Source: Octopus bimaculoides
Lineage: Eukaryota
Length of the DNA stretch: 64,000 bases
Direction of reading: 5' to 3'
Assembly: GCF_001194135.2 (NCBI RefSeq)
Contig: NC_068984.1
Location: 29,989,285 to 30,053,284 of the forward strand
Both the position numbers and the translations under genes were made by a program. Within the stretch, counting starts at the first letter, position 1. Each line of letters opens with the position of its first letter. Shown here in pieces: positions 12,121 through 24,421 of the stretch. The notes under the pieces are model-generated. The model was not told where the DNA came from. It ran no database searches and saw nothing but the letters and a program-made list of their open reading frames with translations.

Positions 12121-15060
12121 TTGGTTTGACTCAATTTCTGTGGTATTTTAGTAGGATTTTTGTGGATAGCAGGTTACTACTTGTAACTTTAGGTATCCAC
12201 AAGTTTTCAGTAGTCTTTCAAGTGCTTACAACACTCCTGATAATTCTTGTTGTCTCTAAAGAGATAAACTTTCTGTAGGAGATTTATAGCGCATTCAATT
12301 CTAATTTCCTTTAACCATTTGTCTATATCTTGGGTTACTGTTCTCACTGCACCAATTATTATAGGCAAAACGTTTAGCTTTCACTATACAAATTCTTTTT
12401 ATTTCAGATTTTAAGGGATTATAGTTTTCTTGTTTTTCGTCCTCTTTCTTTACGATCCTGGAATCAAACGGGCATGATGTGTCGATTAGTAAGCAACTTC
12501 GCTTTTCCCTATCTATAATGGTTATGTCCGGTCTATTATTTTCTAACTTCTCGTCTGTTTGAGTTTGGTAAGTCCCACAAAATCTTACATTTCTCCGACT
12601 CCAGTACTCTTTCACTCGATGATTGTACCATGTATTTCCAGCTTCACAATCCTCATTTCCTGGCACAGTTTCCAGTGTAAAACCTTTATAACCTGACCGT
12701 GCTTCCATTTCTTGTATTCCTCCCGTGCCAACTTGGGGTATTCTTTCACAATGTGTGCTACTGTCTTGTTCCAAGTTCCACAAGCTCTATATTTTTTCTG
12801 ACTCATTCTTCCCATATGATTTTTTTCTCAAGTAGATCTTAGTCTGTTAAAAATCCCGGGATTTTATTCCACACACGTCGTCAGTGTCTCTCCAAAATTC
12901 GACATGCAGAGGTTTCTCTTTGATCTGTCTCTTTGAAATGCATTCTTCTTCTTTTCTCATAATTCCCCCTTGACCACTTGTTCGTTATTCACTGCCTTTA
13001 GTCCTTTTTCTGTATTGCTCTGTAAATACTCTACTGCGTTTTTTTCTTAGCTTCTGTATAATTCTTCTGCTGCTATTAAGCCTCTTCCACCCTGGTTACT
13101 TCTGAAGTACAGCCGGTTGATATCAGCTTTCGGATGGTGGGCCCCATATATCGTTAACAACTTTCTAGTTTCCCTGTCAAGTTTCTTAAGTTTGTTTTTG
13201 GTCCAGTCTATAATTCCAACTCGATATCTAATAGAGGACTCTTTAAATTATTGCTTCGATAAAATATTTTGAATTCAACTTTCACTGCAATAATTTTCCC
13301 GCTCTCTTTGTGTACCCACTACTGGTAATTTGTTTCATTTCTTCAATTTTTTAAAATTACATTTGCTTCCAGTATTCTCAAATACTTATACGCCTGTCCT
13401 TTCTCAACCGCTCTCATTGTTTGTCATTTGGTATTTTAATTCCCTGGCCTCTTTCAAATCTTCCTCGTTTCATATTCTATACAATGCCCTTTTCTATCCC
13501 AAATTCCGTTGCTACATCATTTGAGGAAATGCGGATAGTATGTACAAGACATTCAAGCTGTTTCTCATTTTTCTCAAAAACTTTTATATTATCCATGAAA
13601 AGGAGATGATTTATCTGACCATTTTCCTTTCCCAAATCGTAAAATATTTTAATTTTACGTAGCATCATAGTGAGCGTTGTCATGGCCAATACCAATAGTA
13701 ATGGAGATAAGCTATCCCCTTGGAATATTCTGTGTCTGATGTTCACCTTTCCAAGTATTTATTTTCCTTTGATCACTTCAGTATTCCAATCTTTCATACT
13801 TTCATTACGCATTTTCTCCAAGATTTTTGTAATTCCAAACATGCTTATTATTTTACTTATCCAATTGTGTCGCACCATGTCATATTCTTTTTTTGTAATC
13901 TAGCCCTTATACATTCAGTCCTCTAAAGCTGCGTCTACAATTTCTAATTATCATTTTATCAACTAATAAGTGATCTTTTGTAGCCCTACTTTGTTTCCTG
14001 CAACCTTTCTGTTCTTCTGAAAGTAGATTGTTACTTTCCAGATAGTTGTATAAGTCTACCGCCAAGACACCAGTTATAAGCTTCCACATATGTGGTAAAC
14101 AGGTTATAGGTCGAAAATTTGATGCCAAGTTAGTTCCCTTTCAAAGGATCCTTGAGGCATAGAAGCATTCGTCTACTTGTCATCCAGGCAGAGACGTGAC
14201 ATTGCTTGCAGGTAGTCATCCAGTTGCGCAGCGATCCTTTTATGTAACTGCGTACAGTCCTTCAACCAATAGCCTTCTACTCCATCAGGGCCTGGTCCTT
14301 TCCAATTTGTTATTTCTTTTAACTTCTTTCTCACTGTATATAGATTGATTCTGACGTTCTTTTGTGTTGGTACAGTTGCACGTTGTCTTTCCACTTTTGT
14401 TAACCACTCCGAGCTTTTTTTTTTCTCGCAGCTCTGTTCGACAGGTCTTTACTTTCTTCCGCATATGCAATTAGTTCCTGGTGTTGACTCCCTCTATTTC
14501 CTCAACAACAGTCTATTCTGTTCGAAACCTTTGCATCTAGCATCATATCTTTTCAATTTGGCCTTTAATACTGTCAACTTTTGTGTCAATTCTTCATGTA
14601 CTATCTGTTTTCCCTTTTCTTCTAACTTGTACTGTCCATTCAATTTTCTGATTACCACCTTATTCTTGAGCTCTTTTCTTGTTATCCTATTCAACTGTTC
14701 CAATTCTTTCAGTGTCTTCTCCAGCTTCATTCGTATTCTCTTCCTCCAGTTTGGTTCTTTCTTTCTATTACCTATGGTATCTTCAGTTTTTCGCTTGTAG
14801 TCTACTATGTTAGCTACGACATTAGCAGCAGCTATGACTAACTTGTTTGTTTCTCTGACGTTTTCTGTTTTAATCAAGCTTAAAACGTCATTTACTTTGC
14901 TTGTCACTCTCCTCACTTTTTCTCTGTCCGTATAAGTTACATTTAGTGCTACTTCATTAGTACCATCAGCCATTTTACCTCGCAACATTTCTAATTTTTT
15001 ATCTTCATCATTCAAGACTTGTGCAGTACTTACTTTCACTTGTCCAACTAGATCGTCTTC
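12121..15060 (-). mobile_element. R4/Dong-like retrotransposon, about 2.9 kb, degraded ORF (N-terminus, RT, CCHC, RLE)
   Basis: Colinear fragments: EPNWRKRIRMKL...LKRYDAR (14494-15039), NWKGPGPDG, NFRPITCLP...EEQKGCR, IFQGDSLSP...HLLFMDN, decayed zinc knuckle, NNRPDITIID...IDTSCP (RLE). TAA-like tail at 12084-12120. Confidence 0.95.
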
Positions 15061-15232
15061 ACTAGTTACTTTATCAGTATCCTCTGGTACTCTACGATTT
15101 CTCTTTTCTTTTTTTTTTTCACGTTTTCATCTCCTACCCCTTTATTATCGCATTTTTGCTACTGCTGTTTCACTCCCCTTCTGCTCTCATCATCATCATC
15201 ATCATCACCACCACCACCACCACCACCACCAT

Positions 15233-15830
15233 TTCCTTTGCTGGGATCCTTTTGACAAAGAATTGCTTTACCTGTGGCCAGCCACTTTAGGATTTGTACA
15301 CCGTTGTTGATCATTTTATCCATTTACGTTTTTATTCTTCTGTGTAGTGCTGGGAAATTTTTCAGTCAATATCCTTGTGTCCCATCCAGTCCGGCGCATT
15401 TCCAGTTTGGGATCTTTGTTGTCTGTTCGGTTACTATTTCAGTCGTTATTCTAATATTGCTTTGTTTCACTTCATATTGTTCCGACCTTAATTCCTTCAA
15501 CCATTTATGCATCCTTCCATTATCCCAGATATTACTTCAAATCCTTTTACTTTCTTCAGCGTCTGATCTCTCACTGCTGTTAACCTTTCAATTCAGCTGT
15601 TGATAAAAACCTTTTTCTGGTCTTGTTGGGACAATCTGTTGATTTTATATTGTTCAAATCTTTGGTCATATCTATTGATTTTTGTCGCTTTATCCTGTAA
15701 TTTTGTTTCAGCTCTCCAAGAACTACATTTAGCCCCGTTTCTTTATCCTATATCTTCGTACTAGTTGCTGATATTTCTCCTCCCTCATAGTTTCACTTTT
15801 TTCTTTCTTTCCAAGATGCTGATAAGCTTT
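15233..15830 (-). mobile_element. R4/Dong-like retrotransposon fragment, different subfamily (N-terminus to RT0)
   Basis: Frameshifted translation ELKQ..LQDKATKINRYDQRFEQY...KIPNWKCAGLDGTQGY*LKNFPALH...KAILCQKDPSKGN. It covers the same ORF region as 14173-14700 but is diverged, and ends in the (CAT)n(CAC)n tract at 15187-15232. Confidence 0.8.
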
Positions 15831-18800
15831 CGTAATTATCATGATCATAATCATAATCATGATAATCAACATCATCATTAAAATTTATCTCCTCCAAAAA
15901 TATGGCTACAAGGCGTAAAATATCATTTAATCCGTTTTACTTCCTAAAATGCAGAATACAATGGATAATGCCATCCTAAATACATTCTTACCAAGTGCAC
16001 AACAGACAGAACTAGCGCAGCTGTCCATGGCTGGAAAGCAATACAAGATATCATAGGTATCAATGCATATATCAACCACGAATTTGAAAAAAATCAGAAT
16101 CAATAATTAAAATGTCAAAAGTGTACAAAATGCTTACATGTAGGAACCAACAAATGAGTTACTAAATACTCATTCGGCTGCTTAGAGATAGTAATATATT
16201 TCCCTCTCTCTACAGCCTGCAGTGGTATAAACTATATAACTTATCAGATTACATACGTGAATCTACAACAGCAAAACATTTTAAGCTTATAGTGAAGTAT
16301 GCAATTGCTGCAGCCGTGAACTCTGTCACAGCTTGTAGCAATGAACATCGTTACTACTTGCGAGCAAACGAGGGAATCCTTTTGATACTCACTCGATTAG
16401 CTAGAAATAGCAGCTAATTTATCTGTAAAGCACAACCTAACATCATCAAAGGACAATGAGATATTAGTTGTTTTAAAATAATAAAGCATAGTCAAGAAAA
16501 GAACTCCTTTTAATTGCATAGCTTACCTTTAATTGGTCGTCTGGATATATATCGAAATAAAGGAATGAAAATAAAGTCACCATTGGTGCGTTTAAATTGC
16601 AGAGAATATTGTACAAAGCCAATGAAAATTAGAATGTCAAAAATATACAAAATTTATACAAGTACGAACCAACTAAAGAGCAATTATATGGTCGTTCGGT
16701 CACGTAAAGATAACAATACAATTTACCTCTCACCTCATCCTACCCTTTTATAAAAAGACAGTAAGTCATTACATGTAATCTAATGATATTCCAACTCAAT
16801 AGGTCTACATATGTGAGAAATTACTGTCTTAGTCACAGACACGAAGTTGCAGTGATAGGATAGATACTGGTAAATTTTCGGCTGGCGATCTGTATCTTCA
16901 AAGACTTAGCCATCTGCACTGTCTTATCAATCTCAGAACATATATAATTATCTATCAATATGTAATGAAAGTACATAAGTAAGTAAATAACTATTGATTT
17001 TCTAAGTTAAATGTTTTGCTAGATATATCTACACGGTGTTAATAACAATGCACATAACAACACCAAACTAATTACAACCACAAGACAATAGCTTAAAACA
17101 ACATTATATTATTGTATAAGTGGTGGGTGTGAAATAACAACATTATCGAATACTTCGAGGAAGTAAATATAAATTGGTTTATAGAATGGCTGAAACTTTG
17201 CAAATTCAATCTCACATAATTACCATTTCCTCGATAAGTATACTAATTAATAGCTACTTATTTTGAAATTAATTGAGGAAGTGTTCAACTTTTGAATAAC
17301 TCGATTTTCTACATTCGAATTCATATTATTACCGGCAAACTTGTTGGCGAAATGGGGAGTGGAGAATGTGAAATTTGTCAATAACTTTATCGATATGCCA
17401 AGCGGTCATTTTAAACTTTTATCGTATATAATATCAATGAAATAAATACCTGTCATAAAAAGAGGATGTCGTCTACTTTGGTAAATGATTCTCTGTTATT
17501 AAATGTGTATATTTGTATCTGAGAAGGAAACTGTATGATACTTTGGTATTGAAAATATTATTTAATAGCATATCACCTTGGTATGTAGACAGAAATATAA
17601 GTACTAACATAGCCAATAATGAAAGAGCTATTTTAACACCACGCTACATTATAAAGAAATACATTATCAGAACCAACATTTCGTAGCTACTAAAATTACT
17701 CAAGTAATACTCTAATAGATGCTTGTATTTAAATATATATTAGAATAAAAACTAGCATTTCGGTTTAAAAATATAATAGTGTTTGTGACTTCAAACTCTT
17801 TTCAATGCACTTTGAAATTTAGAAATATGACATTGCAATAAATTGAAAAATATGTGAAGACTATGCTCCATAGACATTTGGTCTCTCACTTGTATGCATT
17901 CAGACATCATTCATTCAATTTTAGAATTTGAAACATATGTACGTAGATCAAATTAATAACGATATCTTGGAGTCATGTGAAAAATGCATCACTTTTACGC
18001 ATTCAGCAGTTACATCATCGAAAAAATGAAACATTCATTCCAGTTTAACATGAGAAACGATGTATTCAGATCCAACAAATCTCGGAAAGCATTTTCCTTC
18101 GTGGATCGATGAAATAAATCACTAAAACGTTGTTAAGGCGTCAGGGTATATATATATGTACCCCATGTCTGCAATAAAGGTTTTGTATAAAATAACTGAA
18201 TTGTCACGACTGGATAGTCGTGTTAGTCACGGCTGCTCTGAGAATACAAACACTAAATTTGTATCGAACCAAAAAAAACTTTTGCATAGTCACTCTAACT
18301 GAAAGAAGTAACAATTGAATTTCTCTCAGATCATTTACTGATATCATATCGTCTAACATCTAAATAGAATGCGTTAAAAATGTCTATATATACAAAAAAG
18401 ACGAGAATATATACGTCTGTGTATGTCTCTGCATCTCTGTTTATATAAGCATACAGATAAGTACTTTATGAGTAAAGAAGTGTTGATTATTACAATACCA
18501 GTCAAATAAGTGAGGTTTACAGAGTTATTTAACACAGGATTCGCTTTGTCACTTATTCGAAACAGCATTATATATTTATTTAAATAGGAAAGCTTCCAGT
18601 TGAATCTGCAATTTATAAAAGTAATAATCTAAGTTTCAATAATGTCATGTACATCAATGTACGTTTAATATACTGATAGAGTTATTAGGCAGCAGCACTG
18701 TGTACTACGACGGTTGTAAACAATGGGACTATACAATATATACGTGGTCAGAGAAACACAGAAATAGTTGTAAGTACGTTTTGACTCGCATTAGGTTCTT

Positions 18801-20011
18801 CGTCAGTAACTTTTACTATCCACTTATAAAACAAGTAATATTAAGATTTGCAATAACCTAGATTGGCCGATTTGCATATTTAACAATTTTTGAGGCAGCT
18901 AGATCAATCATTAACTTAGTAATGAAATAGTGACCTTGTGCCAAAATTTGAAACCATTAAATTGCTATAGAATTGAAAATGTTTAATATTCTCTTTATAA
19001 CGTGTACAGCTATATTCTACAGCAGATATGGTTTCTAGTAATCTGTATCAATGTAACGAAACACTGTTAAGACATAAATAATCCAAATTTTATATACATA
19101 AAAGAATATGACGATTGAGTAAACTACTGTATATAAGCTAAATATAAACTAATATCACAGTGAGGAAACAGAGAAAATCAACGAGACACACAGATCGAGT
19201 GAAGGCAAGAGAAAATTAAAAATACATAAAAAGATTGAGAAAAATGTTGAAAGCAAATAAATATATAACAGATGTGGAGAACAGACTGAGATAGAAACAT
19301 GGAAAATATGTTTAGCTGTGTAATATTTTACTGCATTTTTTGTGTGTAAATAGTAAACGACTTGGGTTATATTGTTAAGAGAGTATATTTATATACAAGG
19401 GAAAGGGAAGTGAATTATATGGCAATACTAGACAACCCGTGACCCATTGGGTTAATTCTGCAGAGTAAAGAGTGGCTATAAGAGGAGTCAAGGTGAGTAG
19501 ATATGGAGGCAATTATGCAGATAAACAAATTAAAAAACACAGCTTGAGTTTGATATACAAAATATGTATATATATATGTATATATATACATACAAAACGA
19601 AGAAAAGCAAAGAGTGAAGACTTCCAGATGATGAATATTTAAGTATAATATGTAAAGATATTTATAGTAATAGATCAAACTTAGAGAGAAAGAAAACGAC
19701 AGTGAAAATGAAATGGGAAGAGATAAGGTATTATTAGTTCAACAGCTGTTTCTGGGAGCTCGGAGATGCATCGTAATGTTGGTAGGAGTAGTTCACCACA
19801 GTATGCAGGCCGTAATGGAAGCAAATAAACATTGGGTAAATCGAGTTTCTATCATCAGGGTAGAGAATGATCTTACATACATATACATAATTTAATAAAC
19901 ACTATATATTTTTATATTGCCTTTATTAGATAATATTTATCTCACACTAGATGGAGTACTGTTTTTGTTAACGTTATCACGGGACACTACACTGTGTATG
20001 TATGTTTGTTT

Positions 20012-20063
<52 letters not shown>

Positions 20064-20067
20064 TATA

Positions 20068-20190
20068 GGCGCAGGTGTGGCTGTGCAGTAAGAAGATTGC
20101 TCCGGTAACACATGGCTACGGGTTCAGTCTCGGAGAAGCGTTTTCTACTATAGCCTCGGGCCGACCACAAGCTTCTGAGTGGATTTGTAT
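20068..20190 (+). mobile_element. tRNA-derived SINE head (family A, 5' part)
   Basis: GGCGCAGGTGTGGCTGTGCAGTAAG (A-box-like) and GGGTTCAGTCTC (B-box-like), then TTCTACTATAGCCTCGGGCCGACC; adjacent to a (TG)n tract. Confidence 0.65.
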
Positions 20191-20859
20191 ACCCTATACT
20201 TGTGTATTCGGACTGCGATGAATTTCATTTAGTTTTACTTTTATATGGCCCCTGTTGATTCGAAATCATCGTTGGGTGTGTTGTTAGAGTGGGAAGATAA
20301 TTAGGTTTTTATGGTTCAATTTTTATGGGAATTTTCATTGATTAAATTTGGGGTTATGTCATTGTTCAGAAATCATACATGCATATCAAACTTTGTCATC
20401 AAGTCTGTAGGTATTTTTCGATTGTTAGATAGGTACAAGGTGTGACAGTATTTTTGTTGTTTTTTGTATTATTGTATTTAGTGCTGTTCCTTTTACAATG
20501 AAAACATGATTTTTAACTCAACAGACACTATATAAATGCATCGCAGTCCGATAATGTCTTAGTTGGCCGTAACTTCGAAATCATTGTCAACAACATTTTT
20601 GTTTAAGTATAACGTATATATATAGTCAATTCAAATAAACGAACTGCAAAATTAACAATAACAGACAACAAAAAGACATGCACAACATATATATATATAT
20701 CATAGATCCTTTCGTCGTTAGACGTCGTATGAAGGTTTAGCAATTGCTTGCTGAACAACCACACAGATGATTTGTTTAGGGTAATCAAATATTTGTGCAC
20801 ACATAAGCTCACTTCCTCCATCAAATCGACATTACCTATACAGGTGCACCATGTGCCAT

Positions 20860-21001
20860 GTCAGATGACGAAATGATCACAAAGTAACGTGAAATGAAGT
20901 ACTTTGCTCGAGAACACGACGCAACGCTCGGTCTGGGAATCGAACCCATGATCTTACAATCGTGAGTGCAACACCTTAATTACTTAGCCATGCGTCTTCA
21001 C
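20860..21001 (-). mobile_element. tRNA-derived SINE (family C)
   Basis: Reverse complement has TGGCTAAGTAATTAAGG (A-box-like) and GGTTCGATTCCC (B-box); homologous to 47016-47135. Confidence 0.75.
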
Positions 21002-22037
21002 TCACACACACACGCACACATACACACACACATACGTACACACATGTATTATGAACCTAGTAATAATTTCGTGTGTATTGATGAAATATGTAAATACTTA
21101 ATAAGATAGGAAATTCTGTTTGTATTTTATTCGATGTCTTGTAGTCAGGAACAAATTCGACCTTGGTAAGATAAAATCAAAACAACTTCTGTATATGACG
21201 AATATATTGATATAATCATTTCAATGATAATTATTTAATGAAATGACTCTGTTTGCGTATATTTAATTCCATTTTCTTTCTATTGAAGAATCATCTGCGT
21301 AAATCTTGTCTCCAGACAGCATTAAATCCTTTACAAATTTTTTGTTATCGAAATTTTACATGAATCCTATTTAAATGATGCAATTGAAATATATAATTCC
21401 ATGCAATAAAACAAAAAAAGCAGCATATCTTTTACTAATTCACTTAGAATATATATGTTGCATATGCATAATCTTTTAGCTAAGATTTACGACTTATCTA
21501 AATGCCTGTCGAATTCAACTTCAAAAGCCATAGATATTTTTTCCTCACTTAGAGAGAAAAAAGAAGGAAGGAAAAGAAAAATGTCGCAGCTATAAAAGTG
21601 TATATCGAAAATCCAATTATGTACCTGTGCTTTATAATTCTCATGTTGCAGACGATTCAGTTTTAGGTATACTTTACGGGGATACACAGCAAAGGCGGAT
21701 TAGCAAAACTAGATATGACTTTCTATTGGGGTCTCCAGAACGTTTACCTGAATTTCGTTATATAATACATATAATACATGAATCATTATTAGAATAAGGA
21801 ATTCCCTTAATTGGAAGATATGTGTGCTAAACTCTTTCTGCTCTTCCACTCAAGCAACATTTTTGTACTGAAGCAACAATGAAGCAAAAGCGAAAAGCAA
21901 TAAAGCAAAATACTTGTTACGTTTTCATGAAGCGAACCAAGCACGCATGTGGTAAACTTTAGCTTAAATTTCAATTTGTCAAACTACTTCAAAATCTCAA
22001 TCTGGATCAGAATTTACACTTTCTCTCTATTTTTTTA

Positions 22038-22148
22038 AGAGGAGTAAGGGCCGAGACCGGACATGGTTTCTACTGATGATGTCTTTAGCCACTGGATCCC
22101 ATAAGGGAGCTGTTGAGGTAGCGATCCACGAAACGTGATTGGAATTCC
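22038..22148 (+). repeat. Diverged second copy of the 1938-2049 hammerhead-like module
   Basis: Colinear with 1938-2049 at an offset of about 20100; keeps CTGATGA (22073-22079) and CGAAAC (22129-22134). Confidence 0.75.
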
Positions 22149-24298
22149 CCTACATGGAAATCAAATACTTGGTATCTAAACCGTTTTGTAACATTTAAAC
22201 ACTGTCTGGATACACTTGTCTACTATGCTTGTATCTGGTCTCAAAGAGTCCTGCGAAAGGTCGTGATTTTTGCCCCTTTCTACAGACACAGCTAATAAGA
22301 TATATACACTTATATGTATACAAAGAAACACATTGACTTATTTAATTCTAAACCGAATGCAGAAGTGCCAGCTACCAATTGATGCCTCAAATAAAATCAC
22401 ACAATCAGTGAAAAAAACAAATTATAATATGAATCAGGTAAATTGCATAATGCAGTGATCAAGAATTCAGACATGTCTACGTCAAGTGAACAAAACGTGC
22501 ATCCTTCAGGTTTTTATTTTTATTTCGTCAGGAGCAAACCATCTCAAACTTTCAACTATTGTGTTTTATTACAAACCTCAATACAAATTTTAGAGCGAAT
22601 TACATCCATTATATATTTCAGTGATAGTAATACAACTAATATAGTAATACTTGCATTTGTAATTTGTCTAGTAAAGCTTATTATCCCTTTGGTAACTATG
22701 AGAATAAAATAAGTTTGGTTGACAAAAGATTTCGTCTATCAATTGAGATATAAATATCTACAGTTAGGCAATTACGATGAATTTTCTGCAGGGATATAAA
22801 GCATGAATGTTAGATTTGTCTGTGAATATTAGTGAGAATTCCTAAAAAGGGTTTAACCGTAACAATAGTAAATCTAGTATAAATTACTGAGAAATTTATG
22901 CAAAATATAATTTGCGTGAATAATATCATCATAATTAAGTTTGCATGTCTTGAAGGGCCACGCTTAGCCAAACAAAGCAAAAATGAATGACTTAATGGCA
23001 GTGCTATAATATTTTCCAGAAAATTTAATATTTGCAATTAGATACTTATATCAAAAAGGAACGTTTCCTCACAATTTATTCCTAACGTATTCACAAATAC
23101 ACAAGAATAACAAGAAGCTCATATGAAAATAAATACTTTCTTATAATTGCACAGTGTTACACGTTTATAATCGATGAGATTAGCTTCCATTGTTTTAATG
23201 CTCTTGGGAATATGAAAATGAAAGTCAAGTCGAGCTGGATATGAACTTCAATGTAAAAATACATGACAAATACTGTAAATTATTTTGCCTGAAAGCTCAC
23301 CTGTTACCGTCTTCCACCGTTAGAATAGATAATGATTTGTACCATACGGATACAGATATTGACAGAGGGACTCAGTACATAACACGGGTACCAATAATTG
23401 TGAGGACATTATTCAAAAGATATCTTCAATATGAAAGTTGACGTCAACTATGGTAGAACTTTATCGGCGCCCAGAGAACTAAATATTGCCAAGCATTATA
23501 TTCAGCGCTCCATTTGTCCAGATAGTTCAGCAATCCATGAGATTTTATAAACGGAGTTCTAGCGACTGCAAATTACAACGGAGTTTTTCTGTAGGAAGGT
23601 GAAGTCATATACAATGTTATGAACTTAATGTAAAAGCAATCGAAAATTACATTTTAGTTCATGTCATATGCAGAGCTTCAGTGATTAATTAGTTTAGGTT
23701 GGTAGTGAAAGCGTTTTCCTGATTTCTCTTGACAAAGAAACATTTTTGATTTTCTAAATAATAAACATATGCTGAAAGTAAGAAACGCAACTTGCCGCAT
23801 ATTTCTATGCTTAAAACAAAAGACAACATTTTACAACCATAGAGGAAAACATTTCACTACGATTACGAGATGGACAGGCAGAGCTAGGAACTTTGAATCT
23901 CAGTCTAGCATAAAGTCATATATTAAATAACATTTTTAAATGTTCAAAGGCAAAATGATTGTTATATCTCTGTTTCTATAACCATAAAAATAATTTGAAT
24001 GAAAAGAAAGTAATTAAAGTCTCAAAATAAAACTACAATCCAAATTTGAATCCAAAGATAAATATCCGTTTATTTATAGAATAAGATCCAAGTTCAAATT
24101 TCAATTTGAAATTACATCCAAGGAAAGAGAAACAAAGGATTTCAATAATGAAAGAAAGGAAAAGAGTAATGATAATAAATGTGAGTGTAAATTATATATA
24201 TATGTATGTATATACACATATATACATATTTACATATATACACTCATGTATATAATGTACATACACACACACACATACACACATACACACATACACAC

Positions 24299-24421
<123 letters not shown>

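Noticed and set aside
16543-16630. Hydrophobic minus-strand frame LALYNILCNLNAPMVTLFSFLYFDIY resembling a membrane protein
   Set aside because: Explained by a T-rich, AG-free tract; there is no acceptor after the upstream stop.
23301-23588. 288-nt segment with a strong acceptor and CAG|GTGAG donor on the minus strand
   Set aside because: Stops in all three frames, and the middle resembles a degraded SINE head.
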